Notes under the pieces: model-generated
Database searches by the model: none
Told to the model about the DNA's origin: nothing
The model's input: the letters and a program-made list of their open reading frames with translations, nothing else
Shown: positions 59,345 through 64,000 of the stretch, one piece after another
Numbering within the stretch: the stretch's first letter is position 1
How the letters are laid out: every line of letters begins with the position of its first letter
Translations under genes and position numbers: made by a program
From: Anthoceros angustus
Taxonomy: Eukaryota > Plantae > Anthocerotophyta
Assembly (NCBI GenBank): GCA_010909165.1
Contig: VJWM01000172.1
Span: 62,001-126,000, forward strand
Direction of reading: 5' to 3'
DNA length: 64,000 bases

Positions 59345-59761
59345 CAATCCAATGTAGTCCAAGAAGGCGGTTCTTAAGATGGGCCGGACTGCGAAGATCA
59401 ACTGTACAAGAATTTTCATTGAGAGAATAGAAACACAAGAGGCACAGTGAACAGTCCCACTTCCTCTTCCTTCGTCTAAACAAGAGACGCGCTAGATACG
59501 CCACTACAAGCAGTGGCCGTTCCAAAATCATGAAAACAAAAAGGAGAGCATCACAGATGCATGTCCCAACTCTACAGAATCGTACTCGTCCTGCACCTGT
59601 CCTGCCCCCCAAAAAGACTCGTCACTTGTAGCCATGCTCAACAGTAACATAAAGCAGGCCAGGCCATGACGTCGCTCAGCAAAGAACCACGTCTCGACGC
59701 AGGTTCTATCCTAAGGTTCGGCCAAACTCAGCTATGCTAATCCCTACGCTGAGAAGACAAA

Positions 59762-61198
59762 TCAGACAGGCGTTCGCAACCCAACTTCAATGGGACAGGA
59801 CAACGGGGTAGCCAGGTGCGTGCGAATGGCACACTGCTGAGATCCGCTTTGCAATCGCAGCCAGGTTTTCTTAAACACATGACACACGGCCAGCTTCAAG
59901 CTCCGCAAGGTGACAATGTAGATGGACGTCTGGTAACCCACACAAGCCCATCCCTCAACAGTACAGTCCCGCAGAAATTCCGACCCTTCTTCCAGAAACA
60001 GCTCATGAAGCTGAACCTCATAACCTTGTCCTTGGGCAGCAGCATCATCCATGTCCAGCCCAGCAGGGGGCTTGAAGCTGGAAACCAGAAACCCTTTGGA
60101 AGCCAAGGTGACAGCCATAACATGATCTCCGACCACCACCAACCTCCACCGGGATCCCTGCTCGAAGGGATGCACACTCCCGATCCTGGCCCATGTCTGC
60201 CTCTCCACATGGTACGCCATCAAATTCACGTTGGCAGCAGCATCGCCCTGCGCCAGCATGTAGACCACTCCCCGGAACAAGACGCTCCCAGCCACCACCA
60301 AGCCTCCCACGGGGGCCAGCCTGGAGGGTGAAGGTGTCCAAGAATTGGTCCTGGAATGGTAGCAGGACACCCTGGTCCCCGGAGATCGGGCCCAGGCCAG
60401 GGCATGCTGGTGCAGCTGAGCTCGGCCTTGCGGGTGCGGGTGCGGGTGCTGGTGCGGATGCTGGTGCTGGAGCCGCCTCCTCCCCGGGGCCTGCCGCACC
60501 AAGGGCGCCAGCGGGGGGAACCACCAGGCAGGCGCCCTGGGCCCCGCAATCACCCGGCCGCACAGCGCCACCAGGGTGTACGCCTCCCCGTCCCGCTCCA
60601 CCTGCAGGTGCACCTCCACGGCCTGGTGCCGGTGCCTGTCCGACTTGCAGCAGATCATGGGCGGCAACAGCTTGTACGCCTTGGTGGCCGGGTTGCAGAC
60701 GTAGTACTGCCCGCCCTTCTCGATGCACAGCAGGCCCTTGTCGGAGCACACCAGTTGGGAGGCCGAGGAGGAGGAGTCCGGGTCGTGGTCGTCCGAGGCA
60801 GGCAGGAAGGTGATGGGCGGGAGCTCCCGCCACCTCTTGCTGTCAATGTCGAACCCGAAGCAGCTCTGTTTGTGGGCGTCGGCGAAGAAGACGGGGAAGT
60901 AGATGTCTCCCTCCAAGGCCGAGGACATGGTGCGGGATCCATTCCGCGCCTCGTAGCTGCTCACCACGCTGTGCCACCATTTGCACACGGCTCCTGCCCT
61001 GATCACATCCTGCACCGGCAGCAGGGAAAAGATCTTGTCCAGCACGTCCGCCGGCAGGCACCAACGACCTTCCCCGCCCTCACAGTCTCCCCCTGCCACG
61101 CCCTTGCCATGCCGCCTCCTCCCCAAGGATGTGCATGCAACGAAGCCAGACCCGCTGCTGCCACTTCCACTGCTGGGGCTGCCGTTGCCGCTGCTGTA

Positions 61199-61237
<39 letters not shown>

Positions 61238-61315
61238 GATGTTGCCGCTGCCGTCGCTGGTGCTGCTGGCCCCCAAGAACTCCATGGCTCTCACAACCCG
61301 CGCTCCCGGCTCCAT
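59762..61315 (-). CDS. F-box protein with beta-propeller/kelch-like C-terminus, single exon
   Basis: 517-aa ORF with F-box LPADVLDKIFSLLPVQDVIRAGAVCKWW, SDKGLLC, YVCNPATK and a poly-Ser N-terminus. Confidence 0.88.
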
Positions 61316-61780
61316 CTCCTAGACCGCCCCACAAAGCTCAGTGAAGCGGACCGGGCCCAATCTCCCGGAACCCCCGCATTGGGCAGCTCAATTTGCAAGC
61401 TTCAAATTGTGTCTGATCCTGGGCAAGTAATCCGTCGCCCGGCTGCCAGGAGTTGAGGGGATCAAGACCTGGACCCGCCCAAACGACACAAGCACGACGG
61501 TTTTCGTCAAGATGCAATCACCACGCTCAGCATGAACGTGGCCACGGCAACGCACTCTCACAGAGCACACATACGGGTGTTACCAACAACCAGGCAAACA
61601 GATCTTGTACGGAAAATCGCACCCAGAACTCGTAGACTCCTTGCTGCAGCTTGGAAACCGAGAAGCCGAAGAGAGTAACGAGGGAGGCTCGGCCCGCGTA
61701 TACACAGAAAAGATAATCGGGAATACACACCGACATACACAATCGCATGGCTAATTAGGGTTCCTAACTTCAGAACCCAA

Positions 61781-61864
61781 ATACATACATGGAAGGTGCA
61801 GCAACGAAATACATACATGGAAGGTGCAGCAACGAAATACATACATGGAAGGTGCAGTAACGAA
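61781..61864. repeat. 28-bp tandem repeat, three copies
   Basis: ATACATACATGGAAGGTGCAGCAACGAA head-to-tail; one mismatch in copy 3. Confidence 0.95.
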
Positions 61865-62017
61865 AGAAGGGAGTGTGAAGACGAAAAAGGTTGCGCAGCG
61901 CAAACTGATAACATTATTTTGTGGGGTTTCACAATTTAATGAAACTGCCCCGAAAAGAGAGCAAGGTGGTGGTCAGATGACCCATCTAGCGGCCTCTTTG
62001 AAGTAAAGAGACGTAAT

Positions 62018-63607
62018 TTACAATTTCGAACTCTGCATTTGCAGGGCCTCGTAATGACCAAACCCGTGGTAAAGAACTCTCACTGGATCATCTTTGCCAT
62101 ACTCCTGCCCGTACTCAGCAATAGATATTAGACCTTGCAGTTTCCTGTCGAACATATAAACGGTGATAGGCATCCTGAAACACAGACAAGTCAAGGCATT
62201 TAAGCCACTGAGGACTGAATGCCGGGGACCACAGTACAAGAGGGAGTGGAATCAACAATACATACTTGAGAACATGGGAAAGCATCAGCAGCTCAGGCTC
62301 TCCACCCCAAGAGTGCGGCTGCCTCATTTTCCTTGTATAACTATCAAAATTACCTTCGATGAACCTGCCACATATGAAAAAGAATAGTTGGGGATTGATC
62401 TGTATTTCTATGACAACTGCGATTTGGACAGTACACAAAAGACGGGAAAAAGAAAATAGCGTTCGAAGCTCACCACTCAGTCTCATCTCGACGTCTTACC
62501 AATTCATCCACAGCCTACAACACAAGAAGCAAACCATAAAATCGGTGTTACAGCTGAAGAGAGAGACCAGATTAGGTCACCACCTGATGACCAGACATTG
62601 TTTGCTTTGCAGCTCGGATACCAGCAGGCCACCACTTACCTTGCTGCGCAATTCATCAGCTAACTCCCTTTGGAGACTTTCGCTTGGAGCTGGCTTCCCA
62701 CTTCGGAGACAAGCTCCATGAGCCACCGCACGGAACAGACACCGACCGTCCCCTGGGACACCTGCTTCCGTGACAGGTCCCCAGCATCAGCTACTTTCCC
62801 CCCATGCATGCAAGACGTTCGACACACCCAGAACGAGCACTCACCAGTGACTGTGTAATCGGTGTGCACTTGTTTCTGTTCCGGTAAGTCAGCCTTCACC
62901 TCCAACACCTTGCTCACCTCATTATCATCCTCAAGCGTCACCGCCAAGGGAGCGTCCGCAAGAGCAGGATTGGCAGGCGAGATGAGAGGTACAGGGGCGC
63001 CGCCAGCCACCGAAAAGCAGGCACAAACCCCAAACATTAGCCACACCGAGTGCCTTCCTTGCAGCCAACGTGTAGACCTAGAGTTCCAAGAGCTGCTCCA
63101 CCACCCATACAAGGAGCGTGCATATACCCTAGCGCTTTCACTCCTAAATCCATCACTAGCCAACATCCCAGACTTCAACGCTACCACACTATCAGCTGCG
63201 ACCGACTCACCCTGTAAACCCTTCCCTCTCCTCCCTGCCCCTGACAACCTCCTCACGGACACAATATTCTCCCTCACCGAGCTGGACAGCTGCCGAGAAG
63301 GCAACAATGCATGCCTAATCGCCAAGCCAAACGCTCCAGCTCCTGTGAGCAGCCGCGAGCCGGAATGACTCTGGAACTGCGCCAAAGGAGAGCACGACAG
63401 CTGCAAAATCCCTTGCTCTAGCGGCCCCGATGAGCGAGTTCTCCGGATCTTCCTGAGCCGGCCCGCCAGCGGAGACTGTCCAGAGCTGACTCTGGTAGAA
63501 CAAGAATGCGGGCCATAATGGCTGGACTTCGCCAGCGCCACTGCTGCCAAACACGAGCAGCTCTTGCCCTTGTTAGCAGAGAGCCCGGTACGCACAGATT
63601 CAAGCAT
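62018..63607 (-). CDS. OTU4: OTU-domain deubiquitinase with long transit-peptide-like N-terminus (OTU4-like), multi-exon
   Basis: DYTVT/GVPGDGRCLFRAVAHG, WGGEPELLMLSHVL, MPITVYM..ISIAEYGQEYGKDDPVRVLYHGFGHYEAL. Confidence 0.92.
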
Positions 63608-64000
63608 GTAACTAGCACTGTGATATCCTCCCCGCTCACAAAATCCAGCTTCCGTCCCAACTCCAGACAACAAAAACACCACACCGCCTTTCAGCACCTC
63701 ATTCCATCCACCACTTAATCATGTGCCACTCGATAAATCTGAACAACAAAACACAAAACCAAAGCAACGTTGTCAGCGAATTCCACATGACATCAACACA
63801 TCCAAAACAGCTCCAAGAAGTCCAAGAATCTGCGTCAGCCAAGGATCCATCCCATCCACAACATCTGGCACACAGAACGACATCCACGCTTTAGAACGGC
63901 AGCTGGAAGGCAACCCTACCCGCCATAGATGTTCTCCTCTCCCGCCTGAGCTCACAATCGCACGCTCCGCAGCTCAGCCAAACCCTGGCCCTGCAGCAGC

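Noticed and set aside
60380-60560. His/Pro-rich insert in the F-box protein as a novel motif
   Set aside because: Low-complexity GC-rich stretch that could be a compensated frameshift error; cannot be judged without reads.
61781-61864. 28-bp repeats of CRISPR-like length
   Set aside because: Head-to-tail with no spacers, eukaryotic context and no cas genes: a minisatellite.

Overview
Eukaryotic nuclear DNA from a gene-dense land plant with short introns (mostly about 70-100 bp). A flagellar DRC5/TCTE1 gene and PLS/E-class PPR remnants point to a non-seed plant with swimming sperm (fern, lycophyte or hornwort-like); the species cannot be named from sequence alone. Positions 1.3-12.6 kb are accessory: a ~1 kb TIR element, a full-length Tnt1-like Ty1/copia element (250-bp LTRs, AAGAC TSD, internal ~2.08 kb tandem duplication, ~97% GC leader) and a ~2.5 kb TIR element. 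The rest holds about 13 host genes: GRDP (partial), a three-exon helical-domain + LURP-one-like gene, an epoxide hydrolase-like gene, ACLB, F-box/LRR, a polyol transporter, SMG1, DRC5, NOB1, SARD4/OCD, BAT1, F-box and OTU4. There are also two PPR fragments and two RLE-type LINE fragments. The best candidates for new biology are (1) the spliced gene at 14253-15566, which seems to fuse a possible 4-helix-bundle N-terminus to a LURP-one/tubby-C domain; (2) fully intronless SMG1 (~11.3 kb CDS) and ACLB; and (3) frameshifting, microhomology-bounded tandem duplications inside both genes, of which the SMG1 one could be removed exactly as a GT-AG intron. Caveat: single-base deletions in G-runs of the SMG1 5' end and many small indels in the copia ORF indicate long-read consensus errors, so the duplications may be assembly artefacts. 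No CRISPR array, rRNA or intact tRNA was found.
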